DNA of 59,256 nt, counting the filler. It is 7 parts of 7 records of this genome, joined end to end, with 100 filler letters (N's around TTAATTAATTAA, not from the genome) between each part and the next. Parts side by side here need not be neighbours in the genome. Positions count along the whole stretch, not along the records: positions 1 to 5,102 come from SRR31156797_35170; positions 5,203 to 15,680 come from SRR31156797_35217; 5 more parts are not named here. One strand, 5' to 3'. Below, piece after piece: positions 1 to 8,555 of this stretch; the stretch's first letter is position 1, and every line of letters starts with the position of its first letter. The notes under the pieces were generated by a model, which worked only from the letters and a program-made list of their open reading frames with translations, was not told the origin of the DNA and did not search any database. The position numbers and the translations under genes were made by a program.

Positions 1-1073
1 AGAAAATCGCCGACACCTATATGACGAGTCCGGTGACGATCACCGCAGGGCCGGCCAACAAAGCGGCAGAAAACATTTCCCACGACTGCTATGTTGTCAA
101 AGAAGAGAACCGGTATGCGGCCCTTAAACGGATGATTGATTTTCTTCCAGATATATTTGGTCTCGTTTTTTGCCGAACACGCCATGAAACGCAAAACGTG
201 GCCGATAAACTGATGAAAGACGGCTACAATGCGGAGGCGCTGCACGGTGACATGACGCAGATGCAAAGAAATCAGGTGATGATAAAATTCAGGCAGCGGA
301 CCCTCCAATTGCTGGTGGCCACCGATGTGGCCGCACGGGGTCTGGATGTGGATGATATCTCCCATGTCATCAATTACAACCTACCCGACGAACCGGAACG
401 GTATACCCATCGAAGCGGAAGAACCGCCCGTGCCGGCAAATCAGGCGTTTCCATTGTACTAATCAACAGTCGTGAGCTTCGGCGGATCAAAGCATTGGAA
501 TCTCAAAGCGGTATCCGGTTCAACCTCAAAAAGATTCCAAGTGGAAAAGCCGTTTGTGAAAAACAGCTGGTTGCGATGGTTGATCGACTGGTTTCCACAC
601 AGGTCAACGACAAAGAGATCGATTCTTTCCTTTCCCCGGTCCTCGAAACGCTTTCCGGCCTCAGCAAGGAAGAACTGATCCGCCGTTTCGTTTCAACGGA
701 ATTCAACCGTTTTCTGGATTACTATCGAGGGGCCGGAGACATCAATATCGATGTAAAAAAGAGAAAAGCCAAGGCGAATGGAAGCCAATATCGCAGCAGC
801 GGACCTACGCAGCGTTTTTTTATTAATGTGGGCCGTCTGGACAAGCTCAAGGAGGGCGCCATTGTCCGTCTGGTTTGCGACAACTCGGGTATTTCATCTA
901 AAAAACTCGGCCGCATTGAACTAAAAAGAGAGTTTTCATTTTTTGATGTCGACAAGCGTGTGGCAAATAAAGTTCTTAAATCCCTTAGGGGTGCAAAATT
1001 GGATGGCAGACAGATACGCGCTAAATTTGCCGAAAAAGATAGAAAAAGAGGCTGGGAAGGCGTAAATGCGTAA
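1..1073 (+). CDS. DEAD/DEAH-box RNA helicase, C-terminal part with DbpA-type RNA-binding domain (5' truncated at window edge)
   Basis: Helicase motifs IV-VI (LVFCRTR, LHGDM, VATDVAARGLD, YTHRSGRTARAG) plus a C-terminal RFFINVG...IGRIEL..FSFFDV-type domain. The frame is open to the window start. Confidence 0.93.
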   Translation, partial: KIADTYMTSPVTITAGPANKAAENISHDCYVVKEENRYAALKRMIDFLPDIFGLVFCRTRHETQNVADKLMKDGYNAEALHGDMTQMQRNQVMIKFRQRTLQLLVATDVAARGLDVDDISHVINYNLPDEPERYTHRSGRTARAGKSGVSIVLINSRELRRIKALESQSGIRFNLKKIPSGKAVCEKQLVAMVDRLVSTQVNDKEIDSFLSPVLETLSGLSKEELIRRFVSTEFNRFLDYYRGAGDINIDVKKRKAKANGSQYRSSGPTQRFFINVGRLDKLKEGAIVRLVCDNSGISSKKLGRIELKREFSFFDVDKRVANKVLKSLRGAKLDGRQIRAKFAEKDRKRGWEGVNA

Positions 1074-1202
1074 CCGAAAAGCCTTCAGGGGCAGATTTTC
1101 TCCCGCTTCCGCCTGCACCCTGCCCCAGGTACGATCACCGAGGATGCGGCGGCAAGTGGAGAATATTTTTTGATATGGATCGTTAGGGAACAATATCAGC
1201 AA
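1074..1202 (-). pseudogene. Possible 5' remnant of a selenobiotic-peptide radical SAM maturase (SbtM-like)
   Basis: KIFSTCRRILGDRTWGRV lies directly downstream of the Sec peptide and, from memory, resembles the SbtM N-terminus. After about 42 codons the frame runs into the antisense of the helicase, with no CxxxCxxC motif. Confidence 0.4.
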
Positions 1203-1208
1203 CTTCTG

Positions 1209-1225
1209 TCACGCGACCTGCGTGA
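1209..1225 (-). promoter_or_regulatory. Bacterial SECIS-like hairpin 3 (serves TGA at 1239-1241)
   Basis: Minus strand TCACGC-AGGTC-GCGTGA, a perfect 6-bp stem. The loop GGT starts 21 nt after the TGA. Confidence 0.75.
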
Positions 1226-1232
1226 AAAAAAG

Positions 1233-1454
1233 TCAGCCTCACCCGCTTTTTCCGGTCTTCTTTTTCTCATCGTCGGTGCCACCGGCACCGGAAGAATCGC
1301 CACTTCACCCGCTTGCGGAGCCACCGGCTCCAGCTTTATCGCCACTTCATGCACTTTTTCCGCTGGCGCAACTGCCGAGAGTAAAGGTGGAACCTGCGAT
1401 CAATCCGGCAATACAAAAACCTGCCAGGGCTTTTTTTAGGTCTTCTCCTGTCAT
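1233..1454 (-). CDS. Selenocysteine-containing small peptide, selenobiotic/SbtA-family RiPP precursor-like, 73 aa with 3 Sec
   Basis: RBS AAAGGAGG, then ATG at 1454. Translation with TGA=U: MTGEDLKKALAGFCIAGLIAGSTFTLGSCASGKSAUSGDKAGAGGSASGUSGDSSGAGGTDDEKKKTGKSGUG*. TGAs at 1347-1349, 1305-1307 and 1239-1241 are each followed by a SECIS-like hairpin. The leader DLKKxLAGxxIAGLxAG matches the family as I recall it. Confidence 0.85.
1275..1289 (-). promoter_or_regulatory. Bacterial SECIS-like hairpin 2 (serves TGA at 1305-1307)
   Basis: Minus strand GGTGCC-GGT-GGCACC, extendable by one C-G pair. The loop starts 22 nt after the TGA. Confidence 0.75.
1317..1331 (-). promoter_or_regulatory. Bacterial SECIS-like hairpin 1 (serves TGA at 1347-1349)
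   Basis: Minus strand GGAGCC-GGT-GGCTCC. The loop starts 22 nt after the TGA, with a compensatory A-T/T-A change relative to hairpin 2. Confidence 0.75.
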
Positions 1455-1877
1455 CGTTTCCTCCTTTCGAATGTAAAGGGCTCGATTGGCCGGTTTAAAA
1501 TCAGTCTCTTTCTACCCGGAACCAACCTAATTGATGACGACACTGACGCACTGCTTTCTTTCCAGCGAATGGCCGGAAATCCATGCCGCCCGTTTTACGG
1601 GCGGTCGTTGATCCCCCTGGGGCGGGAAGTTAATCATGCTTTAGAAAAAATTGACCCTGTATTAAAATTTTCGATCAGCGTCTTACAGCTGATTATAAAA
1701 ATCTATCAGGCCCTTCCTCTCCTGTCAATCGACGGTGGAAAGGAAGGTCCCCTGAATCGGTTTTAAAATTCAATGGATGAAAGAAGATGCCGATAAAGAT
1801 GTAAGGGAGATTGCAACCTGGTTTTCGGCACGTTGCCATTAGGAAGGTGAAGGATAAACCTGAGGAAATTTTGAGGA

Positions 1878-4442
1878 ATGAGTGAACCTTTGATCACAGA
1901 ATTTCTTGCCGGAAAGAGCAAGGAAATCAGAGATCTTGCCAGTAATGAAGCCGCCTTGGTTGGATTCTTGACCCTGATGAAAGGGGTTGACGATCTTCAA
2001 GGAATGGACCATCGATTCTATGAGGCAAAGCGTTGTCTGTACCAGGTTACCGCTGCAACCTATTCCATCGAAGCGCTGATAAAAATCCTTTCCGAGTTTT
2101 TCTGTGCTCCAGTTAAAGTCCCCGGCAAAGCGCTTCCCGTCAATTTTCGTTTTGATCAAACCGTAAAATTTCTAGGAGGTGTTCGAAAAGATCAGGCCCT
2201 TTTTCTAAAAAAACTTAAGACCGGATCATTTTTCGGAGCCCTGTGGCCATGGCAGCAAGATGGGAATAAAATCGAAATCCTGTTAGGCTATCACTCATCA
2301 ACGATGAATGCCTCGGATTACAGCGGTCTTAAGGCACTGGCGGAAAAATTTCTCAGTAGAAAGAAAATTGAATCCGTTTCCGGTGTCGGAGGGCAGATTC
2401 ACGGTATCAGCCTACCGTCCTTCTTACAAATGTCGGAAATGGAAGGGGCCACCTATACACTAAAGGTAAGCAGCGGGCCCCGCGTTGGATTTTTACACAT
2501 GGATGACGGGAACCTGATTGCTGCACAGCTCAACGAACAGACCGGAAACGAAGCCGCCAACCGGATCATCAGTTGGGATAACACGGCCATTCAGATTGAG
2601 CCTGCGGAACCTGGCCGGGTGAGGGAGATTCACGACTCTCTCATGCAAGTGATGATGGAATCCCTGAAACTTAAAGACGAATCCGAAGAGGAAACACCCC
2701 CTTGCGAATCGGATGCAGGCCCACTTTCATCCACCCCTCTTCTATTGTCGGATCTCCCCCCGACAGAGCAGAACATTCAAGAGGAAGATTCCAATAAGAA
2801 TTCGGTTCCGCCTCCTCCACCCGCCCCAGAAGCAAGCGATCCGCTTGAAAAACTGGAAGATCATTCCATCGCCAAGCAAAACAGAATGAGCAGAACGCAA
2901 AAGTTGCTGATTTTGCTGGGTTTGGTTATTCTTATCTCACTCATGGCAACCGGGGGCGGACAATGGTTGAAAAAAAGAGAGGCCTCTTTAAACTACGAAA
3001 AATTACAGGAAAACGTGGCTGGATCCGAAGCTTTGGATGAAAAAATCGTCTTACTGATGAAATACCTGAATGACCATCCCAAGGACGCCCATCGATCCAA
3101 ATTGGAGACTCGACTAATCGAGTTGAACAAAACCATTGAAATGTCGGACTACCAAAAGACGATGACCGATGTTGACAGCCTTCCCATTGACGAGAAATTT
3201 GAGAAGAGGGCCTTGTCCCTCTATACGGCTTTTTTAACGAAATACCCTAAAAGTGTCTATGCCGATCGCGTCAACGAAGCCATTGGCGGTATTGATCGGT
3301 TGGTGGGGACCGCCTACTTTGAAAGCCTCAAAAAGGTGTCCGCAACGGACTTTTTGGCCCGTTACAAAGCCTACCAGACTTACTTGGAACAGTTTCCCGA
3401 GAGCGAAGAGCGAGAGGCTGTTGAACAGATGATTTCCGACCTTGCAAACGAAACCGCATACGGAATCGAGCAGCAGATAGAAACTTGTAATAAAAAGCAG
3501 CAGTGGGCCCCCTGCATCGTCCGGTGCGACGAGTTTCTCTCCGCCTTTGACACTCCTTTGCCTACGGTTCAAAAAGTCATGCGGCTGCGCTCCGGGCTGC
3601 AAGATCGGAAAGACCTGGCAGAGTTGACGGCAAATGCGCGGCTTGCAACGGATGACCCCCAAAGGGCGCGTCAGATGTATAAGGACTATCTGATAAAACG
3701 GCCGGAAACATCAAAAAAGGAGGAGATCCTCCGCCGGATCGATCGGTTGACGGCCGACTTGGCTAAAAAAGAGATCTGGCTTTCAACCAAGGGATACGCT
3801 ACTGACACTGCGAACGACATCGTCAGCCGAATTCAGCGCCTGGAAAACTATCTAAATGATCCCGCCTCATCCCCTTATGAAGTGCAGGCAAGACAACTTA
3901 GAACACACCTTGAACCGGCGTTTCAGAAAGCAGTTTTCGATAAACGGGCCGAGGAGATCAAACGTGTGGTGGCGGCCCGGCAAAAGATGCAAGCTGAGAT
4001 CCAAAACAGAGAGATGCAGCGAATTCAACAGATCCGAAATCGGGTCCTCAGTACGCTGCAACCCTTGGGAAACAGGTATGCTGGACATCAAAACGGTACC
4101 GTCATCGATCAAGTGACAGGTTTAACCTGGTGTCTGTTGGACTCCTATCTGGTTTTCGATAAATGCATCTCTTATGACACGGCCAAAAACTATGTTCAGT
4201 CGCTGGATACCGGGGGCTACTCGGACTGGCGTCTTCCAACGGCAGGTGAACTTGCAACGATTTATAAAAACAGCCCTTCTTTCCCTGTTTCCGGGGCCCC
4301 CTGGTACTGGTCTTCGGAATCTTACGCCAGGGGATTTCATCGTGTTGTCGACGTTGTGACGCCAGACGAGGAATCCGAATTTAAAAGAATATCAAAACGC
4401 GAAGATCATTTGGGGGCCGTTCGTGCCGTGCGCCGGCAATAA
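1878..4442 (+). CDS. Membrane-anchored protein with DUF4388 (PATAN-like) domain, helical/coiled region and C-terminal DUF1566 (Lcl-type) domain
   Basis: GISLPSFLQMSEMEGATYTLKV...GNLIAA (DUF4388), a single TM segment LLILLGLVILISLMA, and NGTVIDQVTGLTWC...DWRLPTAGEL...YWSSE...VRAVR (DUF1566). Confidence 0.8.
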   Translation: MSEPLITEFLAGKSKEIRDLASNEAALVGFLTLMKGVDDLQGMDHRFYEAKRCLYQVTAATYSIEALIKILSEFFCAPVKVPGKALPVNFRFDQTVKFLGGVRKDQALFLKKLKTGSFFGALWPWQQDGNKIEILLGYHSSTMNASDYSGLKALAEKFLSRKKIESVSGVGGQIHGISLPSFLQMSEMEGATYTLKVSSGPRVGFLHMDDGNLIAAQLNEQTGNEAANRIISWDNTAIQIEPAEPGRVREIHDSLMQVMMESLKLKDESEEETPPCESDAGPLSSTPLLLSDLPPTEQNIQEEDSNKNSVPPPPPAPEASDPLEKLEDHSIAKQNRMSRTQKLLILLGLVILISLMATGGGQWLKKREASLNYEKLQENVAGSEALDEKIVLLMKYLNDHPKDAHRSKLETRLIELNKTIEMSDYQKTMTDVDSLPIDEKFEKRALSLYTAFLTKYPKSVYADRVNEAIGGIDRLVGTAYFESLKKVSATDFLARYKAYQTYLEQFPESEEREAVEQMISDLANETAYGIEQQIETCNKKQQWAPCIVRCDEFLSAFDTPLPTVQKVMRLRSGLQDRKDLAELTANARLATDDPQRARQMYKDYLIKRPETSKKEEILRRIDRLTADLAKKEIWLSTKGYATDTANDIVSRIQRLENYLNDPASSPYEVQARQLRTHLEPAFQKAVFDKRAEEIKRVVAARQKMQAEIQNREMQRIQQIRNRVLSTLQPLGNRYAGHQNGTVIDQVTGLTWCLLDSYLVFDKCISYDTAKNYVQSLDTGGYSDWRLPTAGELATIYKNSPSFPVSGAPWYWSSESYARGFHRVVDVVTPDEESEFKRISKREDHLGAVRAVRRQ

Positions 4443-4609
4443 AAAACCATTCATCCAAAAAAATGTATAATCGGGCAGTTGAAGCACAGGAAAATCGGTT
4501 CGATGAGGTTTACCACCATTTATTCATTGAAAAAAAATTCATTTGGGTTTATATCTGCAGCGTTTTTCAATATCCAAGACCTAAGAAAAAATTGAGGAGG
4601 GGGAAACGT

Positions 4610-5086
4610 ATGCGTAGCCTATCGTTAATCGGGGTGGTCTTGCTAATCGGTGTTATTACCTGTGCGACACTTGGAATCGCCATTGCCGAGGAAGAAGAGA
4701 TGTGTGTTCCCATGGGAATCATTACGCTGCAACCGCCAGCGTCGGTAGAAGCCAAGCGGGCTTCAGTAGCATTTGATCACAACCGCCATTTTGTTCTTGC
4801 CTGCAACGAATGTCATCATGCATGGGACGGCTCTCAGCCAGTCACCGGCTGTATGACGTCAGGGTGCCACGATCTTGAAGCCCTTCCTAGAAAAAAGGAT
4901 TCCAAAGCCGTCGACAAAGCGTTGGCCTATCGCTACTATAAAAATGCTTACCATGGACAATGCATCGGTTGTCATAAAAGCATGAAAGTAGAAATTGAAA
5001 AAGCGGCCAAGAGACTGGCCAGCATGGACAGCCCTGTAGGCACTACGGGTCCTACGGGATGTATCGAATGCCACCCGAAAGAGTAA
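4610..5086 (+). CDS. Class III tetraheme cytochrome c3
   Basis: RBS GAGGAGG, ATG at 4610 and a signal peptide. Four heme motifs CNECH, CMTSGCH, CIGCH and CIECH, plus VAFDH..H. Confidence 0.92.
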   Translation: MRSLSLIGVVLLIGVITCATLGIAIAEEEEMCVPMGIITLQPPASVEAKRASVAFDHNRHFVLACNECHHAWDGSQPVTGCMTSGCHDLEALPRKKDSKAVDKALAYRYYKNAYHGQCIGCHKSMKVEIEKAAKRLASMDSPVGTTGPTGCIECHPKE

Positions 5087-5102
5087 GGTCATTTTCACGG
5101 AT

Positions 5103-5202
5103 NNNNNNNNNNNNNNNNNNNNNNNNNNNNNNNNNNNNNNNNNNNNTTAATTAATTAANNNNNNNNNNNNNNNNNNNNNNNNNNNNNNNNNNNNNNNNNN
5201 NN
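5103..5202. other. Artificial contig spacer
   Basis: N runs flanking TTAATTAATTAA (stop codons in all six frames). Confidence 0.99.
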
Positions 5203-5623
5203 CGGAGCGTTAATGATCGACGACCTCGAAAAGGTACTGATAGGAACTGATATGAGGAATGGAAGAGGCAGAGGTGGATATTTCGTCGGAAATTTCACTG
5301 GATCTGAGGGATTTAAAAAGGATCTTCGGGATCCTTACAATCAAGTTCAACATGCAACAGCGGGCGTTGTCATAGGCTTTCGATACGGCATAGCGGGTAA
5401 ATGGTTTGCTATGTGGCAAGAGCAAGAGCCTCAAGATGACAGGCTTTACGAGGTTACATGTCCTTTGGGACGATGGCTTAATGATTCAAATTACCATAGC
5501 CTCGGAGATCGCCTTTGCTCGGCGATATGCGACGACGTTTCGGTCTGCCTTGGCCCCATTATAGGCCCAGGAGATTTTCCTGACATAACTACTTTCGAAA
5601 GAACCGCGAGTAGGATTGTATAA
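5203..5623 (+). CDS. Hypothetical protein, probably 5' truncated; possible polymorphic-toxin C-terminal domain
   Basis: Open frame from near the contig start, with GFKKDLRDPYNQVQHATAG. No confident family assignment. Confidence 0.55.
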
Positions 5624-5659
5624 CATTATAGAAAAATCCAATAGGACAGGATAAATCAT

Positions 5660-6007
5660 ATGAGATGGAAATGGATACTGGTGGGAGGATTTCTATTTCT
5701 TGCTATCATTGTGGGGATTACCATTGGTCTGAAACGCGAAAGAAGTCTGGCTGTCGAAGCTGCGACAATGCATTTGGCAAAAATGGCTTCCCCTGTATTC
5801 TCTGGAGAAGAGCAAAATAAGGTAACTTATACAATTAAGGATGTTGATAATTACGGTCGAAATTGGACTATTTGGGCTCTTGATTCAAAAAAAAATGCGA
5901 TTGCAGTAAATGTTCATTCAAGTAGAGGGGTTGGCCCGGTGCCACTTTTTAATACGTCTGGGTCTCTAATAATTACGGATGTTGAGACTCCGGTGCTTAT
6001 GGAATAA
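5660..6007 (+). CDS. Small hypothetical protein with N-terminal TM/signal segment
   Basis: AGGA RBS and a hydrophobic N-terminus WKWILVGGFLFLAIIVGITIGL. Confidence 0.65.
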   Translation: MRWKWILVGGFLFLAIIVGITIGLKRERSLAVEAATMHLAKMASPVFSGEEQNKVTYTIKDVDNYGRNWTIWALDSKKNAIAVNVHSSRGVGPVPLFNTSGSLIITDVETPVLME

Positions 6008-6456
6008 TGCGCCTATTTCGGCGTTGTTCCATGTATTCCAGGGCGGTTTCCTCTCTCAGCAGTTTTCGATGATATGATTGACAAGGTGCTTTTCAAGGAT
6101 GGCAAGCCCGTCGGTAATCATCCTGAACACCAGCCTGGTGGATTATTCGTAGAATCCTGGGGCCATCCGTTATACGAGTGCGAGATTCACTTATTCGGTG
6201 TACATCGTTGGGCATTACTGTGGGTGCAGGAGATTTCCTACAGTCAGGATTTTCATATATTTGTTTAAAAAAAACAATTTGTTCTGTATGTTTTCCGCTT
6301 TGTCGCTGCATGGTTTTTCCTACAATCCCGTTGATTGTTTTTTTTGCATATTCCCCATTGTTGCAGGTGGTTAGCGGGTGGTTCGGTTTGGTACGATATT
6401 TGAAATCGCTTTCACTGGAAGGATGGAACACTATTTCCCACCAGAAAGGAGATTTC

Positions 6457-7992
6457 ATGGAGAATCAAACCGTTTGGAAGAGAATGCGCGTCTCTTTCAT
6501 GAATATCAGCAAGGCATTACTGTTTTTTTTCGTTTTGGGGATACTGATGGGGATGCCATTTTCTTTCGCGAAAGCAACGCCCCTGTTTGTTTCACCCTAC
6601 GGTGAAGACAGCGCCGACGGGCTTTCCGAAGAAAACGCCATTCAGACAATTACGGAAGTTGTAAATCGATTGGCACCGGGTATGACGGTTGTTTTCCTGC
6701 CGGGTGAATATCCCATGACCCGGGACATCACTGTAAAGAAGAGTCATGTGACCTTCACCTCCCGGCATCCGGGAACAGCCATATTGAATATGACCGGTTT
6801 TTTTAAGGTGATAGCTAAAAACGTCACTTTTTCAGATCTGGTGCTTGATGGTAATTTTATTGGCGGGCGGGCTGTCAATGGTGTCGGGTATGGTGCCTCG
6901 GATTATTTTACCATTCAAAATTGCGAAGTGAAAAATTTTACAAGACATGCCATTGATCTTGACGGTGATAACTGTCTGGTAAAGGATAGTCATATTCATC
7001 ATATCCTTTGGTTTGAGAATGGCCAGCGGTTCGATGCACATGGGATCGTTATAAAATCGGCGCAGAATCTCACCATTGAAAATTGTGAAATCCACCATGT
7101 ATCCGGTGATAGTTTTCAGGCGGACAGGGGGGGATGGGAAAATGTATTGATCAAGGATTGTCATTTCTGGGATGGCCCTTTGGCAGAGGACACGGCCGGT
7201 TTCCAGGCAGGCGAGGTGCCGGGTGAAAATGCCGTTGACACCAAAAGGGGGTGGCGGGAAAGGTCCAGGATGACCTTGCTGGGATGTGATTTCCACGGAT
7301 TTCGAAGCAGTTATATTGCAAATGCAGCTGCCCTGAATTTGAAAGAGGCGGTTGAAGTGGTTGTGGACAGCTGCAGCATTTATGATTCCCATATCGCCCT
7401 CAGGCTCAGGGGAGACAGTTCAAAATCATATCTCAAAATGCAGCCCACCATTATGAATTCCCTTATTATTAATAACGACATCATGATGCGTCATGAGGAC
7501 AACCTTTCCTTTTGTAAAGTTCTTCACAATACCTTTTACAATAATTCAACCCTCTATGTAAGAGCCCCTCAAAGTACTGAATGGGGTGGGGATTGGGCGA
7601 CTGTTAATAACCTGTTTATTGAAACAGGTGCGCTTCCCGATGAGGCATCCGATCCGGAAAAAGGCGCCATAAACAATCTGACACCGGGACTTGATGCAGT
7701 GAATGCCCGGTTTATTCCCTTCATCGGTTCAAATTCGGTTGAGATCATCGGAGAAGTCCCGGATTGGTATGAAGCCGGCGGCAGGGTGTTGCTGGATAAA
7801 GAAGGGAAAACAAGATATCCCGTATCGGCAGTTGGTGCCTATGAGGCAATTGGGTCTTGTGAGCATGACCTTGACCAGGATGGTGATATCGACGGTATGG
7901 ATCTGGGGTTATTGCTGCAGGATTCGGAAAATTACGTGATATCTGAGTTTGCAGGGGAATTCGGAACCTTTCGCTGTGGGCAGGTTGACTAA
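6457..7992 (+). CDS. Secreted right-handed parallel beta-helix (pectate-lyase-fold) protein with C-terminal dockerin/EF-hand-like tail
   Basis: RBS AAGGAG and ATG at 6457, then a signal peptide. FVSPYGEDSADG...PGxTVVFLPGEY start, repeated TIENCEIHH-type rungs and a terminal DLDQDGDIDGMDL. Confidence 0.8.
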   Translation: MENQTVWKRMRVSFMNISKALLFFFVLGILMGMPFSFAKATPLFVSPYGEDSADGLSEENAIQTITEVVNRLAPGMTVVFLPGEYPMTRDITVKKSHVTFTSRHPGTAILNMTGFFKVIAKNVTFSDLVLDGNFIGGRAVNGVGYGASDYFTIQNCEVKNFTRHAIDLDGDNCLVKDSHIHHILWFENGQRFDAHGIVIKSAQNLTIENCEIHHVSGDSFQADRGGWENVLIKDCHFWDGPLAEDTAGFQAGEVPGENAVDTKRGWRERSRMTLLGCDFHGFRSSYIANAAALNLKEAVEVVVDSCSIYDSHIALRLRGDSSKSYLKMQPTIMNSLIINNDIMMRHEDNLSFCKVLHNTFYNNSTLYVRAPQSTEWGGDWATVNNLFIETGALPDEASDPEKGAINNLTPGLDAVNARFIPFIGSNSVEIIGEVPDWYEAGGRVLLDKEGKTRYPVSAVGAYEAIGSCEHDLDQDGDIDGMDLGLLLQDSENYVISEFAGEFGTFRCGQVD

Positions 7993-8555
7993 CCAGCAAT
8001 CCCGGTCGGATTTTTTGCCTGATCAACAATGTTCGGAAGGAGCGCAGGAGGATCCTCTTCGTTCTTTTGACGGTGATCCCTGGCGGAGCCTGTTAATTCC
8101 GTAAGTTCATGAACAAAGGATTTAAGCTGATCTGCTTGTGTAAGAAGAGATTGTGTTGTGGAAGCGGTCTCTTCCGCCTGATTTTGTCAAACGGTTCCAA
8201 GTGCGTTTCAGAAGATTTATTTTGATACTTCTGCCAGGGCCTGAGTTTATGGCAGGACCGACTATTACTGGGCCGGCATAATGCCGGTCCATTCTATTCA
8301 TGGCATCCTGTTCCCGGAGATGCTATTTGCCATCCCCGAAGACAGTCTGGCTAAATATTCCACAACCAATCGTCTGTATCGATAACAAGCATGCAAATAT
8401 TTCATTGGACTGAAGAAAAGCGATTAGATATCGTTACTTCAACTCAACCGTTGATTATCTGTGTTGGGTTTCCCATATTGCCTGCTGCCTGAGTTCATAT
8501 AAAACCGTTTCCCCGGGCAGCAATACTACAAGACCTTTCTAAAGGAGGGAAATCA

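Noticed and set aside
1203-1235. Further TGA readthrough (codon 74 and the next TGA) fusing the peptide to the downstream stub
   Set aside because: Hairpin 3 is spaced for codon 72, matching the other two units. No correctly spaced hairpin is evident for the later TGAs, so codon 74 is taken as the stop.
1170-1476. Plus-strand ORFs 1170-1439 and 1222-1476
   Set aside because: Antisense shadows of the Sec peptide gene, which has the RBS, family-like leader and SECIS hairpins.
1574-1588. Sigma54-like CGGCATGGATTTCC upstream of the peptide gene (minus strand)
   Set aside because: It lacks the conserved -12 GC, so it is too weak to call.
4463-4609. N-terminal extension of cytochrome c3 in the ORF track
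   Set aside because: The RBS and signal peptide indicate a start at 4610.
6178-6456. N-terminal extension of the beta-helix ORF
   Set aside because: A strong RBS precedes ATG 6457, and the upstream part looks non-coding.
7993-8555. Long intergenic region with small hairpins (e.g. GGCCGGCAT-A-ATGCCGGTC) as a possible riboswitch
   Set aside because: No recognisable aptamer consensus or expression platform.
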